DNA of 64,000 nucleotides from Bacteroidota bacterium. Its GTDB lineage: Bacteria; Bacteroidota; Ignavibacteria; Palsa-1295. A program made the translations under genes and the position numbers. The notes under the pieces are model-generated. The model was not told the DNA's origin, ran no database searches, and saw only the letters and a list, made by a program, of their open reading frames with translations. The stretch lies in NCBI GenBank assembly GCA_018266755.1, contig JAFDZW010000001.1, positions 85,635 to 149,634 of the forward strand. Reading direction: 5' to 3'. Shown here piece by piece: positions 25,835 through 35,466 of this stretch (the first letter of the stretch is position 1; each line of letters opens with the position of its first letter).

Positions 25835-28039
25835 TTAATTATGGCTCACCAGCAGCCAGCCATTCTTGCTGGAGCTATAGATCAATGTGACCGCATCGAA
25901 CTGATAGCCATTCGGCGTCATATATGCAAGCGCATTCCCGGTGAAGATCCGGTTACCTGCCGCTGAATTGACGTCGTTACTGGTGATCGTCATTGCCTGT
26001 CCGCTCGAATTATACAGAATAACGATTTTTCCGTTCGTACCGCCGCTGATCCCCGTGATCGAGAACGGAGCCGTTGGTCCGCTGACCTGAATGAATGTAT
26101 AGGCGCCGATCGCAAGATTGTTGTTATTCCCGTTAACAAGCGTTACCTGATGCTCCCGCGTTGCGAGATCTCCATTAACGTCGACGGATGTTCCGGGGGA
26201 AGTAGTGCCGATCCCGAGACGACTGTTCGTGCCGTCCCAGTTTGCGCCGGAGGTCCAACTCCATTGTCCGCCGGTGGTGCTTGTCAGCAACGCGCCGTTC
26301 GCTGATGGTGCCGCAGTCGGAAGAGTGTAGGTAATGTTCGTGCTCTGTGAGCCTGCTTTGAACGCGGTATAGTTGGTGTTTGCACCTGGATACGTGTATC
26401 CACCGTTCTGTCCCTCATAGAGCCGAAGTGCATGCGTCGTAGAGTCCGTACTACCGATCCATAGATCGACATTGCCGAAATATGCTGTCTGCGAAGCTGA
26501 AACGACGGCGCTGTCGGCTGAGAATCGTCCGCCGTTGAACCCGAACGAGTTACTGCCGACCAGACGCATATACGATCCGCCGGGGATAACAGAACCGTCA
26601 CCGGAGATCACATCATTATACCCGCCACCGATGGTCGATATCGAACCGACGATCTTTCCATTGATGCCGCCTCCGATCGTTGAGCCGTCGCCGCCGCTGA
26701 GTGAATTGCCGTATCCACCGCCGATGGTCGCGTAGTATCCCGTTCCGATGGTGCTCGACGTTCCGCCGGCGATCGTGCCGCCCACGCCTTTGACGTAGTT
26801 GCTGGTACCACCTCCGATGGTTGCAGTATAGCTCGTCGCGGTATCGGAAATGCCTCCTGCGATCACAGAGCCGTTACCGCTGGCAAGATTCGATTGTCCG
26901 CCTCCAACTGTGGAGTACGTCGACGATGCACTGTTATGGCCGCCGCCGCTCACGACGGCGAAGAGGTCCGACGCAACGTTATTTGCACCTCCGCTTACCG
27001 TTGTGTACGAACTGGTTGCAGCATTCGTAATACCGCCGCCCACCGTGCTGGTAGAACCGGATGCAGTGTTGTATTCGCCACCTCCGATGACGGCATCGTC
27101 GCCGCTGGCAACCTGAAGCGTGTTCGAGCGAGCCGTCTGCAGATCGATCGCTCGTTTACCTCGCGCGTTTCCGTTACCGTCTCGCTGCAACGACCCATTC
27201 GGATTCAACCGAAGACTAATGGTATTGTACGTTCGCAGATCCAGTGCCTGAGAATCGAGCGTGCCGAGAAAATCCAGACCGGATTGTGTTCCGGAGTTTC
27301 CGATCGTTAACCAGCCGCCGTTGCTTCCGCCACTGATCGGGTTAGCCGGCGCCCATTTACTGCCGTTCCAGGTGAGTACTTGTCCGTATGCAGCATCCAT
27401 CGAAGTAAACTTCTGCGCGGTGATCGAACTATCGGCAACGTCGAGCGATGTGATCGGACCCCGGGGAGTTATAATAGACACTGTATGTTGCGGGGAGACC
27501 AGTTGGTGAACCCCTTGCGGGTTTGCACTGATCGTGATGCCACGCCCGTTCTGTACAATACTTATAGTACTATCACCAACAATCCGGATCGGACCATCCA
27601 CCTCATTGATCGATGTTACCACACCCTGAGCATCGGCAGAGACAGAGCTTGCGCGGTCGGCAGTTTGGGCATGCAATGCGTACGGAGTTGAGACGAGTGG
27701 TGTTCGAGGCGACATCTCCTCCGCACTATCGATAGAGATGCCCAGCCAGTATTGATTGGAAAAATCGAGTGAGTTCGGTATTGCCCCGCTTGCACCGATG
27801 ATGATGTTAAACACTCCGCTGGTTATGTTGACCGGCTGTGATTGCGTGAACAGGACAGTCCCGCCAGTTGGGGCGTCGTAGAAGGATGTTTTGATCACAT
27901 GTTGTCCGTCAGCGATCGGATGTCCTTGATGGTCGGCTATGACGCCTTGATAGCTGATCTGCCGAGGAATTTGTGCGTATGCCGGCGCAGCAACGATAGC
28001 TGCAAACAATGCCACGAGAAGAGATACTGTGTTTTTCAT
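25835..28039 (-). CDS. Secreted tail-fibre-like repeat protein (N-terminal Bacteroidota fibre-type domain + long Gly/Ser/Thr-rich GGGxxN repeat region)
   Basis: Signal peptide MKNTVSLLVALFAAIVAAPAYAQ. N-terminal ISYQGVIADHQGHPIADGQHVIKTSFYDAPTGG...FNIIIGASG. About 250 aa of degenerate repeats (TVGGGITNAATSSYTTVSGGANN..., ATIGGGTSNY..., STIGGGYND...). The track lists a TTG start at 28066; the ATG at about 28039 is preferred. Confidence 0.5.
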   Translation of the reverse strand: MKNTVSLLVALFAAIVAAPAYAQIPRQISYQGVIADHQGHPIADGQHVIKTSFYDAPTGGTVLFTQSQPVNITSGVFNIIIGASGAIPNSLDFSNQYWLGISIDSAEEMSPRTPLVSTPYALHAQTADRASSVSADAQGVVTSINEVDGPIRIVGDSTISIVQNGRGITISANPQGVHQLVSPQHTVSIITPRGPITSLDVADSSITAQKFTSMDAAYGQVLTWNGSKWAPANPISGGSNGGWLTIGNSGTQSGLDFLGTLDSQALDLRTYNTISLRLNPNGSLQRDGNGNARGKRAIDLQTARSNTLQVASGDDAVIGGGEYNTASGSTSTVGGGITNAATSSYTTVSGGANNVASDLFAVVSGGGHNSASSTYSTVGGGQSNLASGNGSVIAGGISDTATSYTATIGGGTSNYVKGVGGTIAGGTSSTIGTGYYATIGGGYGNSLSGGDGSTIGGGINGKIVGSISTIGGGYNDVISGDGSVIPGGSYMRLVGSNSFGFNGGRFSADSAVVSASQTAYFGNVDLWIGSTDSTTHALRLYEGQNGGYTYPGANTNYTAFKAGSQSTNITYTLPTAAPSANGALLTSTTGGQWSWTSGANWDGTNSRLGIGTTSPGTSVDVNGDLATREHQVTLVNGNNNNLAIGAYTFIQVSGPTAPFSITGISGGTNGKIVILYNSSGQAMTITSNDVNSAAGNRIFTGNALAYMTPNGYQFDAVTLIYSSSKNGWLLVSHN

Positions 28040-28172
28040 AGTTGTAAGCGATGTACCGCAATACAACCATGAAATACTGAAAAAGGACTCCCAACCGCGG
28101 CGTTGAAGAACTACCCGATCGTCTGTTCACTTCGGCAGGACGCGCACCGACCGAAGCGAAAAGACAATCAGG

Positions 28173-29792
28173 TTAATGCACGATCAACATCCGTTTCGTT
28201 ATGGTGCCGACCGGAGTTTGAAGACGGTACAGGTATGTACCGGATGGCAACGATCCCGGTTTGAATACGGCAAGATGAGTGCCGGCTTCCTGACGGGCGT
28301 CGATAATACGCTCTACCTCGATGCCGGACGTATTGAATACACCGAGCGTGACGGGCATTGAGGCTGGCAATACGTATTCGATCGAAGTCTGGCTCGACAC
28401 CGGATTAGGATAGTTCTCCAATAGCATAAGTCCCGGCGCATCGCTCGATGTCACGACATTGCTTTGTGACTTTACAAGACCCAAATACTTCCACGATGCA
28501 TTCTGGCTGTATGTATTCCCGTCTCCTGCCGTGAGTACATTGCCGATGAGAGCAGTTTTATCGGTGTCGGCGCCATCGAGAAGCCACTCATACATCATCG
28601 TGGCATATATGTTGCGGAAGTCGTGGTCTTGCTGGTAGGTTAGGTTGCCGGAGCCCGCAGTAAGCGACGCAGCATCAAGAGCCGGATCGTTGCCATACAC
28701 GCCTGCATTGACCTGCGTGCCGACGATAAAGAGCGGTGCCGCAGTACCGTGATCTGTCCCGGAGCCATTTTCCTGCGGTCTGCGACCGAATTCCGAATAC
28801 GTCATCGTCAGTACTTTATCCGCCACAGCGAACGCTTCGAGGTCGTCTTGAAAGGCTTTCAGCGCATCGCTGAGGTCTTGAAGGTTTGCGCCTTGATCGC
28901 TCAATTGATTACTGTGCGTATCGTATCCACCTTGATAGACGAGATAGATCTTCGTGCCGAACCCACTTGCGATACACTGTGCGACTTGCGCGAGTTGGTC
29001 GCCGAGTGTGTTATCGGTCGGATAGGTCACCTTGTTTGTGGTGACCGAACGGTTGAGTAATGTTTTGCTATACACTTCCGTCTCTTCCTGAATCGTGCGG
29101 ACATATTCAAGTTCGACGTAAGGGATTGGCGGATTTGCGGGAATGTCGTCGTAGTTGTGAACACTCTTGTTCGCAGATGTCGGCAGTTGATTGATGGCAA
29201 TACCCATCCCACCGCTCTTGGAGAGGAATAGGTTGCTCAGTGACGCGCCGAACTGGATCCCGAGCGGTGTACTCCCATCGGGGATTTGGGATGGCGGGTA
29301 GTTTGGGTTCAGTTGGCTTAAGAAGCGGCCGATCCATCCGGTCGTCGCGTAGATATTGGAGTCGGTGGATGTATTCCAAATGTCAGTCCCTCGGAAATGT
29401 GAAAGCTCCGGGTCAGGGTACCCCACGCCTTGGACGATCGCCATCCGTTTGTTGCTGTAGAGGCTTGCAGCACCACTCATATTGAAATGAAGCGCCAGGC
29501 TCTGGTGATCGGGTAGCGGCAGGATGTTGTCGCTCGGTTTCAATCCGAGCGTTGGCCGCAGTGCACTGTAGTTCGGATCGGTGTACGGGATCACACAATT
29601 GAGACCGTCGTTGCCTCCGGCAAGCTGGACGATCACAAGTATATGATCGTTCGCCGTCGCCGATTGTGCGAGCAGGTCACGAAGCGGCGATCGGCCGAAG
29701 GCTTTCACAGGGAAACCGCCCATCATGACCGGCAACGCATTCAATGCAACGCCGATCGTGGCTCCGTGCTTTAGAAAATCGCGACGTTTCAT
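28173..29792 (-). CDS. DUF1501-family protein with Tat signal peptide and T9SS (Por) C-terminal sorting domain
   Basis: N-terminal MKRRDFLKHGATIGVALNAL is a canonical twin-arginine motif. DUF1501 core (GGYDTHSNQ). The C-terminal 80 aa (YPNPVSSQTSIEYVL...GVFNTSGIEVERII...AGTHLAVFKPGSLPSGTYLYRLQTPVGTITKRMLIVH) fit the type-A T9SS C-terminal domain. Confidence 0.65.
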   Translation of the reverse strand: MKRRDFLKHGATIGVALNALPVMMGGFPVKAFGRSPLRDLLAQSATANDHILVIVQLAGGNDGLNCVIPYTDPNYSALRPTLGLKPSDNILPLPDHQSLALHFNMSGAASLYSNKRMAIVQGVGYPDPELSHFRGTDIWNTSTDSNIYATTGWIGRFLSQLNPNYPPSQIPDGSTPLGIQFGASLSNLFLSKSGGMGIAINQLPTSANKSVHNYDDIPANPPIPYVELEYVRTIQEETEVYSKTLLNRSVTTNKVTYPTDNTLGDQLAQVAQCIASGFGTKIYLVYQGGYDTHSNQLSDQGANLQDLSDALKAFQDDLEAFAVADKVLTMTYSEFGRRPQENGSGTDHGTAAPLFIVGTQVNAGVYGNDPALDAASLTAGSGNLTYQQDHDFRNIYATMMYEWLLDGADTDKTALIGNVLTAGDGNTYSQNASWKYLGLVKSQSNVVTSSDAPGLMLLENYPNPVSSQTSIEYVLPASMPVTLGVFNTSGIEVERIIDARQEAGTHLAVFKPGSLPSGTYLYRLQTPVGTITKRMLIVH

Positions 29793-29820
29793 TCGAGTGT
29801 CTCCTATATCGGTGGGGTGA

Positions 29821-31563
29821 TTAGATGAGCTGGTATTCCGGTAATGTCATGATACTGATCGCGAAGAGCGAGACGTAGGCATCGCTCAGGTAAAAATCGG
29901 AATCCGGCAGCGAAAGCGGATTGAGTGTAGCATAGAGCGTCGCAGATTCCTTCGGTCCGAGTGCGAACGAAAGGGTTGCTGATTCGAGTGCGGTGGCAAT
30001 ATCATGACTCTTCATCGAACTGACATTCGGCAACTGGTTTGCCCACCCCGTCGGGCTAAACGTCAGCTTCACACCCCGCACCTTCGTCGAGCCGTCGAGC
30101 GGACTCGGATATGTTCCCATCACGGCGGCGATCGCGAGTCGTTGGGGCAGCGTTCCGGTCGAGACCCAGTTGTGTGCGCCGGGCCAGCCTTTGACATTCG
30201 GCGGATTTAGTAATTGCTGGCCGAGCTCCACTCCGCCGATCGCGGTGACAAGGTAGGAATAGGATACGTTCGGATCGGAATACAGATTTCCTTTTGCATC
30301 GCTTCCATTCTTGGGCGGATCGCTCGGATCGAAATTCGGCAGCGACATGCCGAAGTCGCGGATGATCCCGGCCAGGAATTCGACCGGACTCTTCAATTGA
30401 GCACCCATGACGGCGCTGTCATAGAAATGCGCACTTGAGAGCAATGCCTTCATCACCGGTTTGATCTCCCAGTTGCTTGCAACGAAGAGGTTCGCCATCG
30501 CATCGACGACCTGCGGATTCGGGACGTAATACACGAATTGCGCATAGAGCTTCGAGCAGATGAAATACGCCACGTTATAGCCCGGCGCATTCTTCCCGTC
30601 GGTTGTCGTGCCTTTGGAAAGGATAATGTTGACGATATCGGACAACTGGAATTTACCGGTCTGTCCGTAAAACGTCTCGGTATCTACCGAGTCGTGCAGA
30701 TTTGTATTGAACTGACCGACGAACGGCGCAGTCGTCGTAGGCTGCCAACCCGAGAGTGCCTTTGCAGCTTGCTGTACGTCGGTCTCAGTGTAGTTCGGCT
30801 CTCCGGTTTTTGGATCGGTCAGGCCGATGGTAAAGAGTTCTTGTAGTTCGCGCGCGTAATTCTCGTTGATGTTGTTAATGGTGTGCCCGTTCTTGATCGT
30901 ATACGTATTTTGATTGCCATTGAGGTACACGAGCATCGCAGGGTCAATGGAGATCGCATTGACAAAGTCTTTGAAATTCCCGAGTGAGTGCTGACGCAGC
31001 GTTTGATTATACACAAACGAGTATTGTGGTGTTTTGACGGTAGAAGTACCGATCACGAAATGATTGCTCCAGAAAAACGTCATCTTTTCTCGGATCGACA
31101 GGTTCTCTTTGATCATCCGGTCGAACCACCAGTTCATCACTTGCAGCGTCTGGACCGAGTTTTTCCGCAGAAGCGACTGCGCGGGGCCAGTGCTTGCTAC
31201 GGTATTGATCGTGTCTAACCAGCTTGCGAACGCTGGAGGCATCGGCTGATCGGCCAGGAGTTGATTGACGACCGCATTCATCGAGCCGAGAGCCTTCGCT
31301 GCCTGGAATTGTGAAAGCGGGACGCCAAACATGGCTCGGCCGAGAAGGTGGCGCACTTGTTGATCGCCCCACGGACCTGTATACGGCGACAGGTCGTTCG
31401 ATTCGGTTTGTAGCGGTGCGGGGTTCGGATTGCCGGTGGTTGTATATCCCGGGATCGAGTAGGCAGAGCCCTTGCCTGCCGAAGCAGTGTCTGCAAGACC
31501 AGTTGTCGCTGCTGCGGCAGCGACCGTTGCACTCGAGCTTAAAAGAAATTTCCGTCGATTCAT
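29821..31563 (-). CDS. DUF1800-family protein (Tat signal), partner of the DUF1501 protein
   Basis: MNRRKFLLSSSATVAAAAATTGLA Tat-type signal. 580 aa with DUF1800-like conserved blocks (WFDRMIKE, HFVIG). The conserved DUF1800-DUF1501 gene pair is in the usual order. Confidence 0.65.
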   Translation of the reverse strand: MNRRKFLLSSSATVAAAAATTGLADTASAGKGSAYSIPGYTTTGNPNPAPLQTESNDLSPYTGPWGDQQVRHLLGRAMFGVPLSQFQAAKALGSMNAVVNQLLADQPMPPAFASWLDTINTVASTGPAQSLLRKNSVQTLQVMNWWFDRMIKENLSIREKMTFFWSNHFVIGTSTVKTPQYSFVYNQTLRQHSLGNFKDFVNAISIDPAMLVYLNGNQNTYTIKNGHTINNINENYARELQELFTIGLTDPKTGEPNYTETDVQQAAKALSGWQPTTTAPFVGQFNTNLHDSVDTETFYGQTGKFQLSDIVNIILSKGTTTDGKNAPGYNVAYFICSKLYAQFVYYVPNPQVVDAMANLFVASNWEIKPVMKALLSSAHFYDSAVMGAQLKSPVEFLAGIIRDFGMSLPNFDPSDPPKNGSDAKGNLYSDPNVSYSYLVTAIGGVELGQQLLNPPNVKGWPGAHNWVSTGTLPQRLAIAAVMGTYPSPLDGSTKVRGVKLTFSPTGWANQLPNVSSMKSHDIATALESATLSFALGPKESATLYATLNPLSLPDSDFYLSDAYVSLFAISIMTLPEYQLI

Positions 31564-31659
31564 GAGCCTCGATAGTTTGATGAACGGAATTCGCGTTGCG
31601 AAGAACTGTTGTTGCTCTTAGGAGCGGCCAGATCGCCGGAGGTTTAAAGAAATAATCGA

Positions 31660-32583
31660 TTGTACGTGAGCACATCGGATCGAATCATCCTCGTAGCCAT
31701 CAATAGTGGCGGCTCGCATACCGAGATGTGTATCTCGTTTTCTGGTGGCAAGCAGACGCGATACGAACGCAGCGGTTCGTGGAAATACACCGATATCGGG
31801 ATCGAGCGTTCGGTGTCGAATATGCTTCAACTGATATTTGATGCGGCCTCACCCGATGTGTATGATGTCCTGCGGGTCGTTATCTCAATGTCAGGGGCAA
31901 GTGATGAAATACGAAATCGGGAGTTCGAGACGGAGTTCACACATCGATCACCGTTCCGGCAGACACATATTCATCTCGAAGGGGATTCTTTGTTTTCGCT
32001 TCGAGCCGCCTATGGCTCACATGGCAGTGGCTTTCTTATGATTGCCGGTACAGGAAGTGTGGTAGTTGCAGCAGATCGTACCGGACGGGTTGTCAAACGT
32101 GGCGGATGGGGACGCATGCTTGGTGATGATGGAAGTGGTTACTGGCTTGGGCTGGAATCGTTACGACATTATACCAAGGCAATCGACGGAGCCGAGCGCA
32201 CAGGAAGGCTCTTTGAACTTGTTCGAGAACAAATACGCTCGCTTGTGGGAAGCGATTTTGCCGACTTGCGTTTGGCGTTATATTCGGGTAAGGTTAGTCC
32301 CGCGCAATTTGGACGGTTGATATTTGAAGCCGGTGACGATCCTGCCGCGGATGAGATCCTTCGCAACGGAGCGAAGCACTTAGTCGATCTCGTTCGCTTA
32401 ATTGAACGTGAAACCGGAGGATCCATCGATCGCATCGTTACCAGACACGGATCGGTCGCGTGTAGTCCGATCTACTCTGCTGCGATCGCCCGAGAGCTTG
32501 GTGATGGTTTCGAACTACGAACGCTTCACACTGACGACGTACTTGGGTTCGCACTAACTGAAGCAGCCCAGCTGGGAAGGTAA
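31660..32583 (+). CDS. BadF/BadG/BcrA/BcrD-type ATPase (N-acetylglucosamine-kinase-like ASKHA fold)
   Basis: ILVAINSGGSHTE phosphate-1 motif, GTGSVVVAADRTGRVVKRGGWGRMLGDDGSGYWLG phosphate-2/adenosine motifs. Confidence 0.55.
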   Translation: MYVSTSDRIILVAINSGGSHTEMCISFSGGKQTRYERSGSWKYTDIGIERSVSNMLQLIFDAASPDVYDVLRVVISMSGASDEIRNREFETEFTHRSPFRQTHIHLEGDSLFSLRAAYGSHGSGFLMIAGTGSVVVAADRTGRVVKRGGWGRMLGDDGSGYWLGLESLRHYTKAIDGAERTGRLFELVREQIRSLVGSDFADLRLALYSGKVSPAQFGRLIFEAGDDPAADEILRNGAKHLVDLVRLIERETGGSIDRIVTRHGSVACSPIYSAAIARELGDGFELRTLHTDDVLGFALTEAAQLGR

Positions 32584-32594
32584 GCGAAGTCCTG

Positions 32595-33167
32595 TTATTT
32601 TTTTGCCCAGGTCTTATACAACGGGACCAGAGAACGCTCCGGTGCCTGTGCCTGAGAGAGCGCTACTTTTACGAAGAAATCGCGACTGCTTTCGTCCCAG
32701 AATACAAGTGGCATTTTGTCGCCGCCGAACGAGCCGTTCGATGCCTCGAACACCCCGCTCGAGAAATACCCGTCGGCAAGAGTGTAGTACATAAACGGTC
32801 CGGAATTCTTATACCGAAAGAAGCCAAGATCGGCAATATTGGCAAAATCGAAGGTAAGTTCGCCCGCGAGCTCATTGCCATCGAGGAATAAGCGTTTCTT
32901 GACGTTGGAGATATTGGGGAACAAGTCGGTAAGTTTCTTCCCCTGATAGTATTCCGAAATCAGCGAATTGAAGTCGTCTTTCGTCTGATCGGCCGTGTCG
33001 TTCGAGGCCTCGGAGTGGATGCGGGTAAAGAGGATAACGGCAGAGCCGCTCTTCCCATCCGGATTGAGCGAAACGCGCATTTCTTTATGGCCGGCGGTCA
33101 GGCAGGACGAGAGCGTGGCGGCAAGGAGCAGCGCGAAGGCGACGAATTGAGCGGTTGGTCGAATCAT
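32595..33167 (-). CDS. Hypothetical lipoprotein
   Basis: Internal start MIRPTAQFVAFALLLAATLSSCLTAG (ATG at 33167) gives a signal peptide plus lipobox Cys. The upstream 122 codons of the track ORF are Arg-rich and probably not translated. Confidence 0.4.
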   Translation of the reverse strand: MIRPTAQFVAFALLLAATLSSCLTAGHKEMRVSLNPDGKSGSAVILFTRIHSEASNDTADQTKDDFNSLISEYYQGKKLTDLFPNISNVKKRLFLDGNELAGELTFDFANIADLGFFRYKNSGPFMYYTLADGYFSSGVFEASNGSFGGDKMPLVFWDESSRDFFVKVALSQAQAPERSLVPLYKTWAKK

Positions 33168-33277
33168 GCGTGCCCATAACACCGGAAGTAGGGTATTGAG
33201 ATTCACCGAACAATCATGAAATTTTCCGTAGCGCGTCCCTTGTTGTTGCGGCCTGTAACCATCACTTTCACAACCCG

Positions 33278-34300
33278 TTGCCGACTTCCGAAGCGAATAT
33301 AGAGATCCGTGTCGTCGAATACGACCCTGCCGTACATCGTTCGGAGTGGGATTCGTTCGTGCGCCGGTCGATGAACGGCACCGTCTTTCACGAGCAACGA
33401 TTCCTGAATTATCATCCCGAGGGCCGCTTTGCGTTTGCGCATCTGCTGTTCTATTCGCAGCAGCGCCTGGTTGCAGTACTTCCAGGAGGATATAAGAACG
33501 GCGGCAAGATATACGAATCTCCCCTCGGCTCAAGCTATGGCTCGTTCGTCGTCGAAGACGTGAGTGCCGACGTTGCGCTCGCTATCGTCTCCGCATTCGA
33601 ACGCTATATCGACGAACACGGCGTCGAAGAAGTATTCCTGACCAGTGCGCCGGTCATCTATTCACCGATCATTACACAAAATTTGGATTTCGCGCTCCTG
33701 TATAAGGGGTATGCGTACCAACGACATTATATTTCGCACGCGATCGAACTCTCGCGTGGCGGGGTGCCGTTCGATCGATTTCAGTCCACTGCACGCAAGC
33801 ATATACGCCGTGTGACCCGGGAACATCCGGAGGTTCGGATCGAGGATGTCCCGCACAGCGAGCTGGAACGGGGACTACGCGAATTCTATCCGATTCTGCT
33901 CGAGAATAAAGCAAAGTTCGATGCAAAACCCACTCATACCCTCGACGAACTGCTGCGCTTGAACGAGTTGGTACCGGAGTTGATGCAGTTGTTTCTCGTT
34001 CGCGTCAATGACGAGCCAGTAGCAGGTTCGCTCCTGTTCCTCGCCAACAAGCGAGTGGCGCTGATCTTCTACCACATGCTGCGCTATGCGTTCGATGACA
34101 TGAAGCCGATCTATTTGCTGATGAACCGAGTCACACAGTGGTCGCAGGAGAATGGCTTTGCGTTCGTCGATATCGGGGTGTCACAGGATACGCACGATGC
34201 GAACCCGATGACGCCGGCATTGTCGTTGATCCGGTTCAAAGAGAAGTTCGATTCGCGCGGGTTGCTGCGTTCGACGATGTCCAAACGTTATCGCCCATAA
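33278..34300 (+). CDS. FemAB-like / GNAT-fold acetyltransferase (Acetyltransf_6-type)
   Basis: 340 aa with the FemAB-family layout (EWDSFVRRSMNGTVFHEQRFLNYHPEG..., ...LLFLANKRVALIFYHM...) and a C-terminal GNAT-like segment. It is the first gene of a putative glycan-modification operon with the glycosyltransferase (stop and next ATG are 2 nt apart). Confidence 0.45.
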   Translation: MPTSEANIEIRVVEYDPAVHRSEWDSFVRRSMNGTVFHEQRFLNYHPEGRFAFAHLLFYSQQRLVAVLPGGYKNGGKIYESPLGSSYGSFVVEDVSADVALAIVSAFERYIDEHGVEEVFLTSAPVIYSPIITQNLDFALLYKGYAYQRHYISHAIELSRGGVPFDRFQSTARKHIRRVTREHPEVRIEDVPHSELERGLREFYPILLENKAKFDAKPTHTLDELLRLNELVPELMQLFLVRVNDEPVAGSLLFLANKRVALIFYHMLRYAFDDMKPIYLLMNRVTQWSQENGFAFVDIGVSQDTHDANPMTPALSLIRFKEKFDSRGLLRSTMSKRYRP

Positions 34301-34302
34301 GA

Positions 34303-35466
34303 ATGGCAGACGGCGGCGCGCGTAAGAGCATACGATTCCTCTTTGTCGGAGATCCTCGGTTCGACCGCCGCATTCGTAATCTCGTATCTCTCTTCGTTCG
34401 TGCGGGGTGGCGCATCGAGTTGTTCTATGGTTCTGTTACTCCGACCGAGGGAACATTGGATGGAGTGTCTGCGATGGTGCATATCAAGCCCTCTGCACCA
34501 AGCGGCCCAAGATTTTTCTTTTCCTACGATCGACTTCTGACAACGTACCTACGCAATGCACCTCCTGTGGACGTTACCGTGGTCTCGGACCTGTTCGGAC
34601 TCAGAGCCGCAGCACGAACCAAGCCGGGGAAATCACTGCTCGTCTATGATGCTCGCGAGGTCTATACTCAACTTCCGGCAGTCGAGGGGAGCCAATTGAA
34701 GCAGTGGTTCTGGAAACAATGGGAGCGGCGAGGGCTTGGACAGACCGATCTCGTCGTTACCACTGCCCCTCTGGACGGCGACGTTATCAAAGCGGTGCAT
34801 GGTACGTTGCCGCCAACGGTTGTTCTAAAGAACATGCCATCCGAAGCCGACATGGACAGCAGGAGTATCGATCTTCGCTCTGCTCTGGGCATCGGGCGTG
34901 ACAGGGCGCTCCTGGTGTATGTCGGAGGGTTACAACAGGGCAGGGGCTTAGTGACTACTATCGAAGCACTGCAGCAAATCCCTGAGGCGGATCTGGTCTT
35001 GATCGGAACGGGAGCATTCACCGATACACTTCGTGAAGCGTCTGCACGAGCAGGATTGGCGAGCAGAACCCATTTCTACGGCCCGGCACATGCTGCGGAC
35101 GTACTTCCGCTGCTGCGTTCTGCAGATGTCGGTATCTCGCTCATCGAACGGACATCCGGTAGTTACCGGCTCGCATTGCCAAGTAAGGTGTTCGAGTACT
35201 TGCATGCGGGGCTTCCGGTGGTATCGAGTCCGTTGGAGCAGGTGCAAATGTGCATCGGTGAGCAACCGTATCTATTCTATGCCGACGAGAACGATCTCGC
35301 TGCTGTTGTTCGTGCGATTCGAAACGCGCTCGACGCATCGACAGCAAGCGGAATGCGCGAACGCATCGCATCGGACGCCCGGGCCCACTATACGTTCGAG
35401 CATGATGCTGTGACATTGCTCGAACAGATCGAACGAATGACCTCACACGAACCACCCGTCGCGTGA
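34303..35466 (+). CDS. Glycosyltransferase family 1 (GT4-type)
   Basis: Start MADGGARKSIRFLFVGDP (ATG at 34303; the track's 5' extension overlaps the upstream gene in another frame). GT-B C-terminal motifs LLVYVGGLQQGRGL, EALQQIPEADLVLIGTG and the E-x7-E region SKVFEYLHAGLPVVSS. Confidence 0.7.
   Translation: MADGGARKSIRFLFVGDPRFDRRIRNLVSLFVRAGWRIELFYGSVTPTEGTLDGVSAMVHIKPSAPSGPRFFFSYDRLLTTYLRNAPPVDVTVVSDLFGLRAAARTKPGKSLLVYDAREVYTQLPAVEGSQLKQWFWKQWERRGLGQTDLVVTTAPLDGDVIKAVHGTLPPTVVLKNMPSEADMDSRSIDLRSALGIGRDRALLVYVGGLQQGRGLVTTIEALQQIPEADLVLIGTGAFTDTLREASARAGLASRTHFYGPAHAADVLPLLRSADVGISLIERTSGSYRLALPSKVFEYLHAGLPVVSSPLEQVQMCIGEQPYLFYADENDLAAVVRAIRNALDASTASGMRERIASDARAHYTFEHDAVTLLEQIERMTSHEPPVA

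Noticed and set aside
31007-31675. 222-aa minus-strand ORF overlapping the 5' part of the DUF1800 gene in another frame
   Set aside because: The DUF1800 frame has a clean Tat signal and family motifs. The alternative frame is Arg/Ser-rich.
34138-34302. 5' extension of the glycosyltransferase ORF (track start 34138)
   Set aside because: It overlaps the last 55 codons of the FemAB-like gene in another frame. The ATG at 34303, right after the upstream stop, gives a normal glycosyltransferase N-terminus.
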